In this document: positions 41,901-51,841 of the stretch, piece by piece
Numbering within the stretch: position 1 is the first letter of the stretch
Layout of the letters: each line of letters opens with the position of its first letter
NCBI GenBank assembly: GCA_963716725.1
Contig: CAVQUB010000008.1
Span: forward strand, 128,001 to 192,000
Source of the DNA: an uncultured delta proteobacterium
GTDB taxonomy: Bacteria; Myxococcota_A; Polyangia; Polyangiales; Polyangiaceae
Direction of reading: 5' to 3'
DNA length: 64,000 bases
Made by a program: the position numbers and the translations under genes
The notes under the pieces: generated by a model
The model's input: only the letters and a program-made list of their open reading frames with translations
Database searches by the model: none
Told to the model about the DNA's origin: nothing

Positions 41901-43346
41901 GGCATCGGGGTCGAACACGGAGCCGTAGGATGGCGGCGCGTCGCCGAGTTGCCCTTCGAGGCGGGTCGCGGCTACCAGTCGGTCACGGGCGAGACGCCCC
42001 ACGAGCGTTTCTTGAGCGTGAAGGGCGCGCCCGAGGTGGTGTTGCCGTCGTGCACCAAGCGACTGCACGACGGGACCCGGGCGCCGCTCGACGAGGTCAC
42101 CCTGGGCCAGCTCGCCGAGCGCGCCTCGGAGCTCGCGCGGCGCGGCCTGCGGGTGCTCGCCGTTGCCGGGCGCAGTGTCGCCGAAGAAGACCGCCTCGAT
42201 CCGACCCGGCTCGTCGGGCTCTGCTTCGTCGGCCTGATCGCCTTCAGCGATCCCGTTCGCCGTTCGGCGCGCGCCGCCCTCGACCAGCTGCGCGTCGCCG
42301 GGGTCGAGACGGTGATGATCACCGGCGACCATCCCAGCACGGCAGAGACCGTCGCCCGCGAGCTCGATCTGCTCTCTGGCAAGCGCACCATGACCGGGAA
42401 GGAGCTGGCGGAGCTGTCGGAGGAGCAGCTCGACGCTCGCATCAGCAGCATCAGCGTCTTTGCGCGGCTCACGCCCTCACAGAAGGTGCGCATCGTTCGC
42501 GCACTGCAGCGCGCCGGCCACTGCGTCGCCATGGTGGGCGACGGCTCCAACGACGCCCCGGCGATCCGCCTTGCGAACGTTGGCATTGCCATGGGCGAGC
42601 GCAGCACCAGCGCCGCCCGCGGTGCGGCTGACGTCGTGATCACCGACGAGCGCATCGAGACCATCGTCGACGCCATCGTCGAGGGCCGCGCGATGTGGGC
42701 CAGCGTGCGCGACGCGGTGTCGATTTTGATCGGCGGAAATCTCGGGGAAATCGGCTTCTCTGTCGCGGCGGGCTTGGTTGACGGGCGCTCTCCGCTCAAC
42801 GCGCGTCAGCTCTTGCTGGTCAACATGCTGACCGACGTCGCGCCGGCCATGGCCATCGCCTTGCGCCCACCGTCGGCGGCGACGCTCGCGTCCCTCGCCA
42901 GCGAAGGACCGGACGCGTCGCTTGGCGATGCGCTGACCCGCGACATCGTCTCGCGCGCCATCGTGACAACGGCGGGCGCTGGCGCGGCCTTCCTGGTGGG
43001 GCGGTTCACCGGCACGAGAGAGCGCGCCACGACCGTCGGGTTGCTCGCGCTGGTCGGCACTCAGCTCGGACAGACCATCACCTCGGGCGGGTACAGCCGA
43101 CCGGTGCTGCTCACCAGTGTGCTGTCGTCCGCGGCGCTGGCGGCGGTGGTGCAGACCCCGGGCCTGAGTCATTTTTTCGGCTGCCGCCCCCTGGGTCCGC
43201 TGGGTTGGGCTACCGCCATCGGCGCGTCGGCCCTGGCCACGGGGGCCGCGGTTCAATATCCGCAAGTGATCGAGAAGGTTGCGCAGCGCTTGAAGTTGGT
43301 CGACGTGCTGCCGCAGCGTGACCGAGATCGCTTGCCGGCCCCCTGA
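38931..43346 (+). CDS. Large P-type ATPase, CtpH/CtpI-like
   Basis: 1471 aa; SLTGES, VPEGLP, DKTGTLT, KGAPE, MITGDH, GDGSNDAP; long degenerate N-terminal half. Confidence 0.93.
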   Translation: MSERPSLASVVAGIKEAFSARKRRAWMGRTRAHVELRELSGDELERFATLLREAAARMAQVKWVEVNPHLRRAVIEIERGAYELEDLIELVEAAERSAAVDKASFSETAADHPADAEPLHQLGLGAALDMVGFGLGTVLRLSPLPKSGVAASVAAAAAVVRAVPRLRQGLDQALGTQRAEITLSSVISLAQGAAQRPVASLVDLVHKAALLREARTRQDTWEAREAELCSAPFEHDLGRARIDPRPVPLPRGPIEEYADRAWVVSLGGFAVSFLTTRSVQHAVAALFGALPKPARMGRDVFAAELGRALAARRVLVNDPDVLRRLDRIDCLVIQGDLVARDRYEVTDVVTVEGVSRRETRSRALELFEPEHPVSVIRRGNLVLGPFTRLGASLPPALEERATEWSRRGELCLALARDGRVEGLVALSMIPQTGIEELITAAHEAQMRVVIASNDESVLEGLNVDDAIPFGDGLPSGIRRLQREGRSVMLVATGRASGVGAADCAIGLVRAGEPPPWGAHLVSSDDLSDVRFVLHACEAAKKVAKQSVNVALGAAAVGTLVSAGGVVSMTTSRVFTVVNTASLIAMGNGIRNSAALERRALPPPRDRTPWHALDAHGVMAKLGTSETGLSKSEAQARKRPAVGDKPALLELSEAVTDELFNPLAPLLAAGAGLSAVVGSVADAGMVGGVVVLNAVVGGVQRFRTERAIRRLATDTTRRARVRRSGEVVTIDGSDLVRGDVVLLEPGDVVPADCRMVGTESVEVDASSLTGESLPVKKNPASAYDPEIADRASMLYEGTSIAAGRATAVVVATGDETEARRGSNTSRRDIATSGVEVRLRSLINLTGPVALGAGAALITVGALRGRGLKEVVSSGVSLAVASVPEGLPLLATAAQLAAAERLSKRGALVRNARNIEALGRVDVLCVDKTGTLTEGRIDLRRVSDGVSDAATEELTSRELVVLAAALRASPELDNAASFDPLDGALHRAAGQQGIGVEHGAVGWRRVAELPFEAGRGYQSVTGETPHERFLSVKGAPEVVLPSCTKRLHDGTRAPLDEVTLGQLAERASELARRGLRVLAVAGRSVAEEDRLDPTRLVGLCFVGLIAFSDPVRRSARAALDQLRVAGVETVMITGDHPSTAETVARELDLLSGKRTMTGKELAELSEEQLDARISSISVFARLTPSQKVRIVRALQRAGHCVAMVGDGSNDAPAIRLANVGIAMGERSTSAARGAADVVITDERIETIVDAIVEGRAMWASVRDAVSILIGGNLGEIGFSVAAGLVDGRSPLNARQLLLVNMLTDVAPAMAIALRPPSAATLASLASEGPDASLGDALTRDIVSRAIVTTAGAGAAFLVGRFTGTRERATTVGLLALVGTQLGQTITSGGYSRPVLLTSVLSSAALAAVVQTPGLSHFFGCRPLGPLGWATAIGASALATGAAVQYPQVIEKVAQRLKLVDVLPQRDRDRLPAP

Positions 43347-43408
43347 GCCCGCTTCGATAACTCGCGCAGAACTTGGCCGAAGACTCCCGCGCTTGGCATT
43401 TCCAGCGC

Positions 43409-44131
43409 ATGCGAAGCAATTTTTCGATCCTGTTCATGCTCCCGCTCGTGGCCGCCGCCTGCGGAAACGCGGGCGTCCCCCACCCGAGCACGCTCGACAT
43501 CGCCGAGGCCAAGCCGGCCAAGAAGACCATTCGTGCGGATGACGACATGCCCTTCATCGAAGAGCTCCCGAGCGCTGACGAGACGGTCGCCTCGGCGCCG
43601 TCGCAGTTCGCGGGCAAGCTGGTGGGCGATCGCACGGTGCATCGATTCAGCGGATCGTTCAGCAAGACCAGCCTCATCTTGAGCCAGGAGGTCACGGCGC
43701 GAGGCGGCAGCCTGGTAGTCGTCGACTACACGCTCGAAGAGGGCGCGAGCGCGACCAGGCTGCGCGTGACCCACGACATTGGCACTGAACGAGTGTTGCG
43801 AGTCCGGGAGATCCGCGGCAAGCGCGAGCTGCCGTCGAGCGTGGGCGCCTTCGACAAGCTCATGGCGCGCACGAGCTTTGCGCCCGACGACAACGAGGCT
43901 GAAATTGCCAAGCAAAAGAGCACCTGCCTGGTGGGCGACCAGCAGCTCGACTGCGAGAAGACCGACTACCGAGTGAAGATCGGCGATCAAACCGCGACCT
44001 TCAGCATCGCGCGCAGCAGCGACGGTCGCGACGTATCGGGCGAGATCAGCGATGCGAGCGGCAAGATCATCTACAAGAGCGAATTGATAGAGTCGCGGAG
44101 CGGCTTGCCGGCCAACGTGGCCAGCAGGTGA
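43409..44131 (+). CDS. Hypothetical lipoprotein
   Basis: Lipobox VAAAC; beta-rich globular domain. Confidence 0.7.
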   Translation: MRSNFSILFMLPLVAAACGNAGVPHPSTLDIAEAKPAKKTIRADDDMPFIEELPSADETVASAPSQFAGKLVGDRTVHRFSGSFSKTSLILSQEVTARGGSLVVVDYTLEEGASATRLRVTHDIGTERVLRVREIRGKRELPSSVGAFDKLMARTSFAPDDNEAEIAKQKSTCLVGDQQLDCEKTDYRVKIGDQTATFSIARSSDGRDVSGEISDASGKIIYKSELIESRSGLPANVASR

Positions 44132-44306
44132 CAAACAGGTGACAGCGCCGCCCGGATAGTTGAGGGAGATTCACGCGCCCCGTAGTATTCCGGGCTCTGT
44201 CAGGGGGTGGTTCGCCGATGCCCGGGTTCGCGAAGCTGTCACTCGAAGCGTTGATCGAGAGCACCGCGCTCGCGGCGGCCGTGCGCCAAGTCCAGGGGGG
44301 ACAACG

Positions 44307-44675
44307 GTGACGGGCGGGCGGCCCGAGCGACCGCCGAGCGTGCTGGTCGTCGACGACAGCGAGCCGCTGCGTCGGCTCATGGTTCGGGCCCTCACCGCCG
44401 CGGGCTTCACCGTGATCGAGGCCGGTGACGGCGAGTCGGCGCTCCGTCTCGCGGGCGATGACACGCTGGTTGCGGTCGTCACGGATGTCGGGCTGCCGGG
44501 AATGAGTGGGCTCGAGCTCGCGGCGAAGTTGACGGAGATCAATCCCGAGTTGCGCGTGCTCTGCACTTCGGGTCTGGACACGCCGGACGCGCCGGGAGAG
44601 TTCCTCGTCAAACCCTTCGCTCCCTCGGTGCTCGTGCAGCGCGTTCGTGCGATGCTCGGCCGCGATGGCACGTGA
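44307..44675 (+). CDS. Single-domain response regulator
   Basis: VLVVDD, VTDVGLPGMSG, TSG, KPF. Confidence 0.9.
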   Translation: MTGGRPERPPSVLVVDDSEPLRRLMVRALTAAGFTVIEAGDGESALRLAGDDTLVAVVTDVGLPGMSGLELAAKLTEINPELRVLCTSGLDTPDAPGEFLVKPFAPSVLVQRVRAMLGRDGT

Positions 44676-46446
44676 GTACCGGCCGCTGATCGTTGCCCTG
44701 GTGCTGACGGCGCTGGTCTTCGTCGTCGATCTGCTGGTTCCCAACGGCTACGCGCTGAGCGCGGTGTATCCGGCCACGCTGTTCGTCCTCTTGCCGTCGC
44801 GGGTGGCGTGGCACGTTTGGGCTCATGCGGCGCTCTGCAGCGCGCTGGCCGTGGCCGGGATGTTCCTGGGTCCGGCTGGCGCGTCCCAGCAAGTGGTCGC
44901 CGTCAATCGAATCATCTCTCTGGCCGCAATTTGGCTCTTCGCGCTGCTCCTCTCGCAACACCTGCGCTCCGGCCTCGCACGCGAGCACGCCCAACGTTTG
45001 TTCGAGCGCACCCTCGACGCGGCGCCGGATTGCATGCTCGTGCTCGATGCCGAGGAACGGATCGTCTACTCGAACAGCGCCGCCGCGTCCTTGTTCGGGA
45101 TCCCGACCGGCGAGCTGGGGGGGCGCCGCTGGGAGAGTCTGGTCAGCGCGCCGCTCCAAGGCCAGCCCACGTTTCGGCGAGCGCGGAGGAGTGGCGGGAG
45201 CGAGCGCGTTGTCGAGTGTCACGTGAGCAGCGCCAACCATGGCGAGACCCCCCTCCGCATTCTCGTCGTGCGCGACGTCACCGAGCGGCAGCTGTACGAG
45301 GAGCGCCTACGCTCGAACCAGCGCATGGAAGCCATCGGCAAGCTGGCGGGCGGCATCGCTCACGACTTCAACAACGTCCTCGCGGCCATCATCGGGCACG
45401 CGGAGTTCGCGAAGGACGCGATCCCGGCCGATTCGCCCGCGGCCGAGGATCTCGCCGAGGTCCGCGTGTCGGCCGATCGCGCCGCGGCGCTGACCGCCCA
45501 GCTTCTGGCCTTCTCGCGCCGCCAAGTCATCGAGCCCATCCGGGTGGATCTCAACGAGGTGGTCCGTCAGATCGACCGCATGCTCGGGCGCCTGCTGGGG
45601 GCAGACATCGAAATTCAGCCGATGTTGACCGCCGCGCCCTGGGCCGTGGAGGTCGATCCGAGTCAGATCGAGCAGGTGCTGCTGAACCTGGCGGTCAACG
45701 CCCGCGACGCCATGCCCAAGGGCGGCAAGCTCACGCTCGAGACCCAGAACGTCACCCTCGGCGAAGACTACGCGCGGGAGCACCCCGAGGTCGAAGCTGG
45801 GGACTACGTGTTGCTCGCGGTCAGCGACACCGGCATGGGCATGACCGAGGACGTTCGCGTCCGGGTCTTCGAGCCCTTCTTCACGACCAAGCCCGTCGGC
45901 CAGGGCACCGGGCTCGGGCTCGCGACGGTGTACGGCATCGTCAAACAGGCGCGTGGCCACATCTGGATCTACAGCGAGCCCGGGCGCGGCACGACGTTCA
46001 AGATCTATCTGCCGCGCACGGAAGGCGCGGCGCAGGCTTTGCCGGTCAGGCGCCCTTCGCAGCGGCCCGCGGGCGGCAACGAGCGGATCTTGGTCGTCGA
46101 AGACGAGGCGGCGGTGCGGCGGATCATGGTGCGCGCGCTGAACGCCGCCGGCTACACGGTGATCGAAGCCAGCAACGGCGCGGACGCGCTGATCAAGCTC
46201 GAATCAGCCGACGGAAAACTCGACTTGCTGGTGACGGACGTGGTCATGCCGCAGATGGGCGGCCGCGAGCTGGCGACGAAGCTCACCAGCACACGCTCCG
46301 GGCTGCGCGTGCTGTTCCTGAGTGGCTACACCGAGAACGCCATCGTTCACCACGGCGTGCTCGACGCCGGGCTCGTGTTCTTGCAAAAGCCGTTCACGCC
46401 CGAAGAACTCGTGCGCCGCGTGCGCGACGTGCTCGACGCCAGCTGA
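44665..46446 (+). CDS. Membrane PAS hybrid histidine kinase (CckA-like architecture)
   Basis: TM helices; AHDFNN, NLAVNARDAMP, DTGMG, FFTTK..GTGLGL; receiver LVTDVVMP...KPF. Confidence 0.95.
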   Translation: MAREYRPLIVALVLTALVFVVDLLVPNGYALSAVYPATLFVLLPSRVAWHVWAHAALCSALAVAGMFLGPAGASQQVVAVNRIISLAAIWLFALLLSQHLRSGLAREHAQRLFERTLDAAPDCMLVLDAEERIVYSNSAAASLFGIPTGELGGRRWESLVSAPLQGQPTFRRARRSGGSERVVECHVSSANHGETPLRILVVRDVTERQLYEERLRSNQRMEAIGKLAGGIAHDFNNVLAAIIGHAEFAKDAIPADSPAAEDLAEVRVSADRAAALTAQLLAFSRRQVIEPIRVDLNEVVRQIDRMLGRLLGADIEIQPMLTAAPWAVEVDPSQIEQVLLNLAVNARDAMPKGGKLTLETQNVTLGEDYAREHPEVEAGDYVLLAVSDTGMGMTEDVRVRVFEPFFTTKPVGQGTGLGLATVYGIVKQARGHIWIYSEPGRGTTFKIYLPRTEGAAQALPVRRPSQRPAGGNERILVVEDEAAVRRIMVRALNAAGYTVIEASNGADALIKLESADGKLDLLVTDVVMPQMGGRELATKLTSTRSGLRVLFLSGYTENAIVHHGVLDAGLVFLQKPFTPEELVRRVRDVLDAS

Positions 46447-46498
46447 CCCCGCGCCCGGGCCCTTGACCTCGGTCGGCGGCGCGCCCAAGTTCTACCCA

Positions 46499-46515
46499 CC
46501 CCACCCGGGGTGGGG
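46499..46515. promoter_or_regulatory. Probable CsoR operator palindrome CCCCACCC-G-GGGTGGGG
   Basis: Perfect 8-bp inverted repeat just upstream of the copZ RBS; TTGACC at 46463 could be a -35. Confidence 0.6.
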
Positions 46516-46527
46516 CCAAAGGAGCCG

Positions 46528-46731
46528 ATGATCAAGCTGAAAGTTACGGGCATGACCTGTGGGCACTGCGAGGCAGCCGTGAAGAAGGCGCTCGGCCAGG
46601 TGCCGGGAGTCGAGCGCGTCGTGAGCGTGGATCGCACGCGACAAGAGGCGGTGGTCGACGGGCAGCCGGAGGTCGGGGCGCTCGTGCTCGCCATCCAAGA
46701 AGAGGGCTACCAGGCCGAGGTCTCGGCGTGA
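46528..46731 (+). CDS. copZ: Copper chaperone
   Basis: GMTCGHC HMA motif, 67 aa. Confidence 0.92.
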   Translation: MIKLKVTGMTCGHCEAAVKKALGQVPGVERVVSVDRTRQEAVVDGQPEVGALVLAIQEEGYQAEVSA

Positions 46732-47018
46732 AGAGCTGCGCGCACGGGCTGCGCCTCGACGACGCGACGCGCGCTCAGGCACGCAAGCGGCTCTTGTCCG
46801 TTCGCGGCCACGTCGAGGGCGTGATGCGCATGCTGGACGACGAGTCGGTCTACTGCGTCGACGCGCTCAAGCAGATCAAGGCCATCAACGGCGCGCTGGA
46901 GAAGGTTGGCTCGCTGATCTTGCAGAGCCACCTGCGCGACCATGTGGTGACTGCGGCCGAGCGCGGTGACGTCGACGTGATCGTGGGCGAGTTGATGGAG
47001 GTGATGAAGTACCGATGA
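46728..47018 (+). CDS. csoR: Copper-sensing repressor, CsoR family
   Basis: [14 protein letters not shown]...YC.D.LKQ...HLRDHV; between copZ and copA. Confidence 0.88.
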   Translation: MKSCAHGLRLDDATRAQARKRLLSVRGHVEGVMRMLDDESVYCVDALKQIKAINGALEKVGSLILQSHLRDHVVTAAERGDVDVIVGELMEVMKYR

Positions 47019-49240
47019 CTCGCACGCTCGAGGTCGGCGTCCAGGGCATGACCTGCGCGTCTTGCGTGGGGCGGGTGGAGCGTGCGCTGAAGAAGCAGCC
47101 CGGAGTGACGGCGGCCAGCGTGAACCTCGCCACGGAGCGGGCGAGCATCGAGTACGCGCCCGAGTCGACGAGCCCGGACCGACTCGAGGCGGCCATCGTC
47201 GACGCTGGATATACGCCGGTGGACTTGGGGCCCGGGCCGGACGCGCTCGCCGAAGCAAAGGAGCGGGAGCAGGCCGAGCTGAGGCGAGAGGTCGTGATCG
47301 GAGCGGCGCTGTCGGTGCCACTGATGGTCGTGGCCATGGTGCCCATGCTGGTCAGCGCGATTCACGAGGCGCTCCCGCATCAGGTCTGGGGTTTGATCCA
47401 GCTTGGATTGGCCGCGCCGGTTCAGTTCTGGGTGGGCCGGCGCTTCTACCGCCAGGCCTGGTCCGAGCTCGTTCACAAGAGCCCGGGCATGAACACGCTG
47501 GTCATGCTGGGCTCGTCGTCGGCCTTCGGCTACTCGCTGCTCGCCCTGGTGGCGCCGTCCATATTTCCGGCGGGCACTGCCCATCTGTACTTCGAGGCGG
47601 CGGCCGTGATCATCACCCTGGTGCTCTTCGGCAAGCTGCTCGAAGCGCGGGCCAAGGGCCGGACCTCTGCCGCCATCACCAAGCTGATGCAGTTGCAGGT
47701 CAAGACCGCTCGAGTGCTACGTGGCGATGACATCGTCGAGGTGCCCATCGAGCGAGTGACTCCGGATGACCATGTGCAGGTGCGACCTGGTGAGCGCGTG
47801 CCGACGGACGGTGTCGTGATCGAGGGCCAGAGCTGGGTCGACGAGAGCATGCTGACCGGTGAGCCAGTGCCGGCCGACAAGAGGGTGGGCGCCGAGGTCG
47901 TCGGAGGCACGGTCAATCAGAACGGCACCTTCGTGTTCCGCGCGAGCCGAGTCGGCAGCCACACGGTGCTCGCGCAGATCATTCGGATGGTCGAGGAGGC
48001 CCAGGCGTCGAAGCCGCCCATCCAAGCCACTGCGGATCGCATCGCCGCTGTCTTCGTGCCGGTGGTGCTCGGCGCGGCGTTGACCACCTTCGCGCTCTGG
48101 ATGCTGGTCGGTCCCCAGCCGCGGCTCTCCCACGCTTTTGTTGCGGCCGTGAGCGTGCTGGTGATCGCGTGCCCCTGCGCCATGGGTCTGGCCACTCCCA
48201 CGGCGATCATGGTGGGCACCGGGCGGGGCGCGGAGCTCGGCATCTTGTTTCGGCAAGGCGCCGCCCTCGAGACCTTGGCTCACGCCGACACCGTGCTGCT
48301 CGACAAGACCGGCACCGTCACCAAAGGGCGCCCCGAGTTGACGGATCTGGAGGTCTTCGGCATGTCGGAGGAGGAGGTGCTGGCGCTGATCGCGGCGGTC
48401 GAGGACTCGAGCGAGCATCCGATCGCGCGGGCCGTGGTCGAGGCGGCGCGAGCTCGCGGCGTGGCCTTCGTGCGCGCCACCGGGGTGACGGCGGAAGCCG
48501 GGTTTGGCGTACAGGCGCGGGTCGACGGGCGACTGGTGCAGATTGGAGCGGATCGCTACATGGCGCGCCTGGGCGTCGACCTCGCGGCCGGGCGTGAGCG
48601 AGCCGAAGAGTTCGCTCGCGATGCCAAGACGCCGATCTTTGCAGCGGTCGACGGCGCTCTCGCCGCGCTGTGTGCGGTCGCAGATCCGCCAAAGGACGAG
48701 AGCGCGCAGGCCATCCGCGAGCTTCGCGGACTGTCGCTCGAGGTCGCGATGCTGACCGGCGATCATCGGAGCACCGCCGAGGCGGTGGCGCGGCGCGTGG
48801 GGATCGAACGCGTGGTGGCTGAAGTATTGCCCGCCGACAAAGCGGCGGAGGTGGCGCGGTTGCAAGGCGAGGGCCGCCGCGTGGTGTTCGTGGGCGACGG
48901 CATCAATGACGCACCGGCTTTGGCGCGCGCGGACGTGGGCATCGCCATCGGGACCGGCACCGACATCGCCATCGAGGCCGGGGACGTGATCCTGATGAGC
49001 GGCGAGCTGGCCGGGGTGGCGCGGGCGATCCGGCTTTCGAAGCGAACGCTGGGCACCATCCGACGCAACTTCTTCTGGGCCTACGCCTACAACGTCGCGC
49101 TGATCCCCGTTGCGGCCGGCGCGCTCTACCCGGTGTTTGGGCTGCTCCTGAACCCAATGTTCGCGGCGCTGGCCATGAGCCTCTCGAGCGTGTTCGTGGT
49201 CACGAACAGCCTACGTCTCAGGAAGTTCGCGGACTCGTGA
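47015..49240 (+). CDS. copA: Copper-translocating P1B ATPase
   Basis: [45 protein letters not shown]. Confidence 0.96.
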   Translation: MTRTLEVGVQGMTCASCVGRVERALKKQPGVTAASVNLATERASIEYAPESTSPDRLEAAIVDAGYTPVDLGPGPDALAEAKEREQAELRREVVIGAALSVPLMVVAMVPMLVSAIHEALPHQVWGLIQLGLAAPVQFWVGRRFYRQAWSELVHKSPGMNTLVMLGSSSAFGYSLLALVAPSIFPAGTAHLYFEAAAVIITLVLFGKLLEARAKGRTSAAITKLMQLQVKTARVLRGDDIVEVPIERVTPDDHVQVRPGERVPTDGVVIEGQSWVDESMLTGEPVPADKRVGAEVVGGTVNQNGTFVFRASRVGSHTVLAQIIRMVEEAQASKPPIQATADRIAAVFVPVVLGAALTTFALWMLVGPQPRLSHAFVAAVSVLVIACPCAMGLATPTAIMVGTGRGAELGILFRQGAALETLAHADTVLLDKTGTVTKGRPELTDLEVFGMSEEEVLALIAAVEDSSEHPIARAVVEAARARGVAFVRATGVTAEAGFGVQARVDGRLVQIGADRYMARLGVDLAAGRERAEEFARDAKTPIFAAVDGALAALCAVADPPKDESAQAIRELRGLSLEVAMLTGDHRSTAEAVARRVGIERVVAEVLPADKAAEVARLQGEGRRVVFVGDGINDAPALARADVGIAIGTGTDIAIEAGDVILMSGELAGVARAIRLSKRTLGTIRRNFFWAYAYNVALIPVAAGALYPVFGLLLNPMFAALAMSLSSVFVVTNSLRLRKFADS

Positions 49241-49253
49241 TATCCTCGGCGAA

Positions 49254-50066
49254 ATGAAGCGCTTCTTGATCGGGCTGTCGCTGGCCCTCTCGACGACGTC
49301 GGCGTTCGCACAAGGGCAAGACCCGGGCAGCAGCGGCACGCTGCCACCGGTGGATCCACCGCCCGCCGCCAGCGGCGATCCGCCGCCCGGCGATCCGCCG
49401 CCCGCCGCGCCGCCGCCCGCCGCGCCGCCGCCCGCGCCTGCGCCGCCGCCCGGGGCCGCGCCGCCGCCCGGTTCGTATCCACCGGGCGCGTATCCGCCCG
49501 GTTCGTATCCGCCCGGCGCGTATCCGCCCGGGGCCGCTCCCGCCGGCCCGTACCCGCCCGGCGCCTATCGACCACCACCACCACCGCCCGAGCGAGTGCG
49601 CAATGTCTCGCTCACGCTCTCTCCGCTGCACCTGCTCTTACCCATCGTCGAGCTGACGGCCGAGGTGCGACTCGTCAATCACTTCTCGGCCGCGGTCCTC
49701 GGTGGCTACGGGTCGGTCTCGACCGACACCGAGAAGTTCGCCGCCTACGAGCTCGGCGCGCAGTTGCTCGCCCACCCGATGCAGCCATTTCACGGCCTCC
49801 AGCTCGGCGTCGAGCTGCTCTACCTGAAGATCGACGCAGACGATCTTCAAGACGGCAAGGTCCGCGGCAGCGGCACCGGTCTCGCGGTGGGACCGCTGGT
49901 GGGTTACAAACTGCTGACCAGCGGCGGTTTCACCTTCGTGGCTCAGGGCGGCGTGCAGTACCTGGCCGTCAAGGCGGAGGCGAGTGACAACGCGGGCAAC
50001 TCGGCCGAGGCCGACGACAACGATTTCATCCCGCTGCTCAACTTGAACCTCGGATACTCGTTCTGA
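49254..50066 (+). CDS. Outer-membrane beta-barrel protein with Pro-rich N-terminal linker
   Basis: Signal peptide AFA; YPPG repeats; amphipathic strands; C-terminal LNLGYSF. Confidence 0.75.
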   Translation: MKRFLIGLSLALSTTSAFAQGQDPGSSGTLPPVDPPPAASGDPPPGDPPPAAPPPAAPPPAPAPPPGAAPPPGSYPPGAYPPGSYPPGAYPPGAAPAGPYPPGAYRPPPPPPERVRNVSLTLSPLHLLLPIVELTAEVRLVNHFSAAVLGGYGSVSTDTEKFAAYELGAQLLAHPMQPFHGLQLGVELLYLKIDADDLQDGKVRGSGTGLAVGPLVGYKLLTSGGFTFVAQGGVQYLAVKAEASDNAGNSAEADDNDFIPLLNLNLGYSF

Positions 50067-50131
50067 GCATCAGCCGCCGAGCGGGCCGAGCGGCAGCGAG
50101 CATCTGTCGCGGGGCCTCCTCCGCGGCGACG

Positions 50132-51667
50132 TCACTTGCCGTCCCAGGGATCGGCGTCGTCGGTCTGAAGTCCGGTCCCCTTTGCGCCACCAGCGCTCGG
50201 TGCCGCCTTGGGTGCGAGGCTGCCCTTGAGGGTGCCCTTCGCCGGCTTTGTGGGGTCCCCCTTTGCGCTGGTCGGGCCGAGATCGATGACTGCGGGCGGC
50301 GGCGAGGTGACATCGAACTCGAAGGTGCGTGTCTCGTGTCCGGGAGCGGAGACGCGCAGAGTGTGGCGTTTGGCGTCGGCTCTGAAGGTGCTCGACAAGG
50401 CGCCGCTGCCGACGGCGCGTCCGTCGAGCTCAATCAGCGCCCCGGTTGGAGTCACTTTCAAGTCCACCGTGTAAGTGCTGCTGCTGGCGCCGACGCCCAC
50501 CACCACCTCGCCTTCGTCGTGGGACGCGCTGCTGTTCTTCGTATGCGAGACGAGCTGGGATGCGCCGAACGAAAGGCCGAGCCCCAACAGCAAGGCGGCG
50601 GCGCTCGATAGCGACCACCAGGCCAGACCGAGCGGTCGCGCCGGGGGTACGCCCCCGGTCGAGAGGGCGCTGGCGCTCCGGCCGAGGGTCCCGCCGGTCT
50701 CCTCGAAGGGTGCCCGCGGCAGGTCCGGCACCGTCACTTCTTGAGTGCTCGGGGCGGACATCGCGCCGAAGCGAGCCTCCCAAATGGTGCGCGCACGGGG
50801 GCTGGCGAAGGGCAAGAGCGCGCGACCCAACGCGCCGACGCTCGGGAAGCGCTCGCCCTTCTGGCTGGCCATGGCACGCAGCACGATTCGTTCGAAGTCC
50901 GCGGGCAGGCCTGGCCGGTGCACGTGAGGAGGCTCGAAGTCCCCCTGGGCGATGGCGTACATCAGTCCCATGAAGCTGCCGGCCTTGCGAGCGAAGGGAC
51001 GGGCGCCCGTCGAGCCTTCGTACAAGATGACCCCGAGCGAGTACTGATCGGCCCGTGTGTCGAGGTTGCGATCGCCGCGGGCGACTTCCGGCGACACGTA
51101 GTGTGGTGATCCCAAGAACGTCGACTCCGTGGTCAAATCCGAAGGGGCGGGGTCCTGCACGATCTTGGAGATGCCGAAGTCGAGCACCTTCGGGGTCACG
51201 TCGTCGCTCCAGCCCTTCGCCAAGAAGATGTTGGCGGGCTTGAGATCCCGGTGAATGATTCCTTGCACGTGGGCCGCGTCCACCGCCGCGAGCACCGGCA
51301 GCATCAGGTCCACCAGGCGCGACAGATCGAGGGCCCCTTCTCGGCGGAAGTAGGCCTGCAGCGACTCGCCGTCGAGGTACTCCATCACCAAGCAAGGCAG
51401 TCCGTCGATCATGCCGACGTCCGTCACGTCCACGATATGAGGGTGCCGGATGCGTGCGGCGAGCTGACCTTCGCGCAGGAAGCGGGTCACGACCGCGTCG
51501 TTCTCGGCGTGGGCGCGTCGCAAAGTCTTGATCGCGACACGCTTGCCGAGTCCGGTGTGAACGGCCTCGTACACCTCGCCCATTCCCCCGGCGCCGATGC
51601 GCCGCTTGATGGAGTACTGGCCGACGGTGGTCCCGCCCGGCAGATCGGGGGTCTCTGAGGGTTTCAT
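50132..51667 (-). CDS. Ser/Thr protein kinase with TM helix and PEGA-like domain
   Basis: GAGGMGEV, VAIK, HRDLKPAN, DFG, SPE; start set to ATG 51667. Confidence 0.95.
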   Translation of the reverse strand: MKPSETPDLPGGTTVGQYSIKRRIGAGGMGEVYEAVHTGLGKRVAIKTLRRAHAENDAVVTRFLREGQLAARIRHPHIVDVTDVGMIDGLPCLVMEYLDGESLQAYFRREGALDLSRLVDLMLPVLAAVDAAHVQGIIHRDLKPANIFLAKGWSDDVTPKVLDFGISKIVQDPAPSDLTTESTFLGSPHYVSPEVARGDRNLDTRADQYSLGVILYEGSTGARPFARKAGSFMGLMYAIAQGDFEPPHVHRPGLPADFERIVLRAMASQKGERFPSVGALGRALLPFASPRARTIWEARFGAMSAPSTQEVTVPDLPRAPFEETGGTLGRSASALSTGGVPPARPLGLAWWSLSSAAALLLGLGLSFGASQLVSHTKNSSASHDEGEVVVGVGASSSTYTVDLKVTPTGALIELDGRAVGSGALSSTFRADAKRHTLRVSAPGHETRTFEFDVTSPPPAVIDLGPTSAKGDPTKPAKGTLKGSLAPKAAPSAGGAKGTGLQTDDADPWDGK

Positions 51668-51841
51668 GCTCGGTCGAGGCGAGGCAGTGTAACAGCGCCG
51701 CCGACGGCGAGGCGGAGTCCTTGGTGGTCGTGATAGCGTCCGAGAGATGTTTCCCATCGTCGTGCCGGGCGTCAGCCCCGATCCCGCGGCCTACGACGGG
51801 CAGTTCGTTCAGATCGATGTCGTGTCGATCCAAGCCAAGTG

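Noticed and set aside
39369..42332. 987 aa antisense ORF and other long overlapping ORFs (e.g. 22129-24207, 31560-33344, 10043-11704)
   Set aside because: Shadow ORFs expected opposite real genes in high-GC DNA; no recognisable motifs
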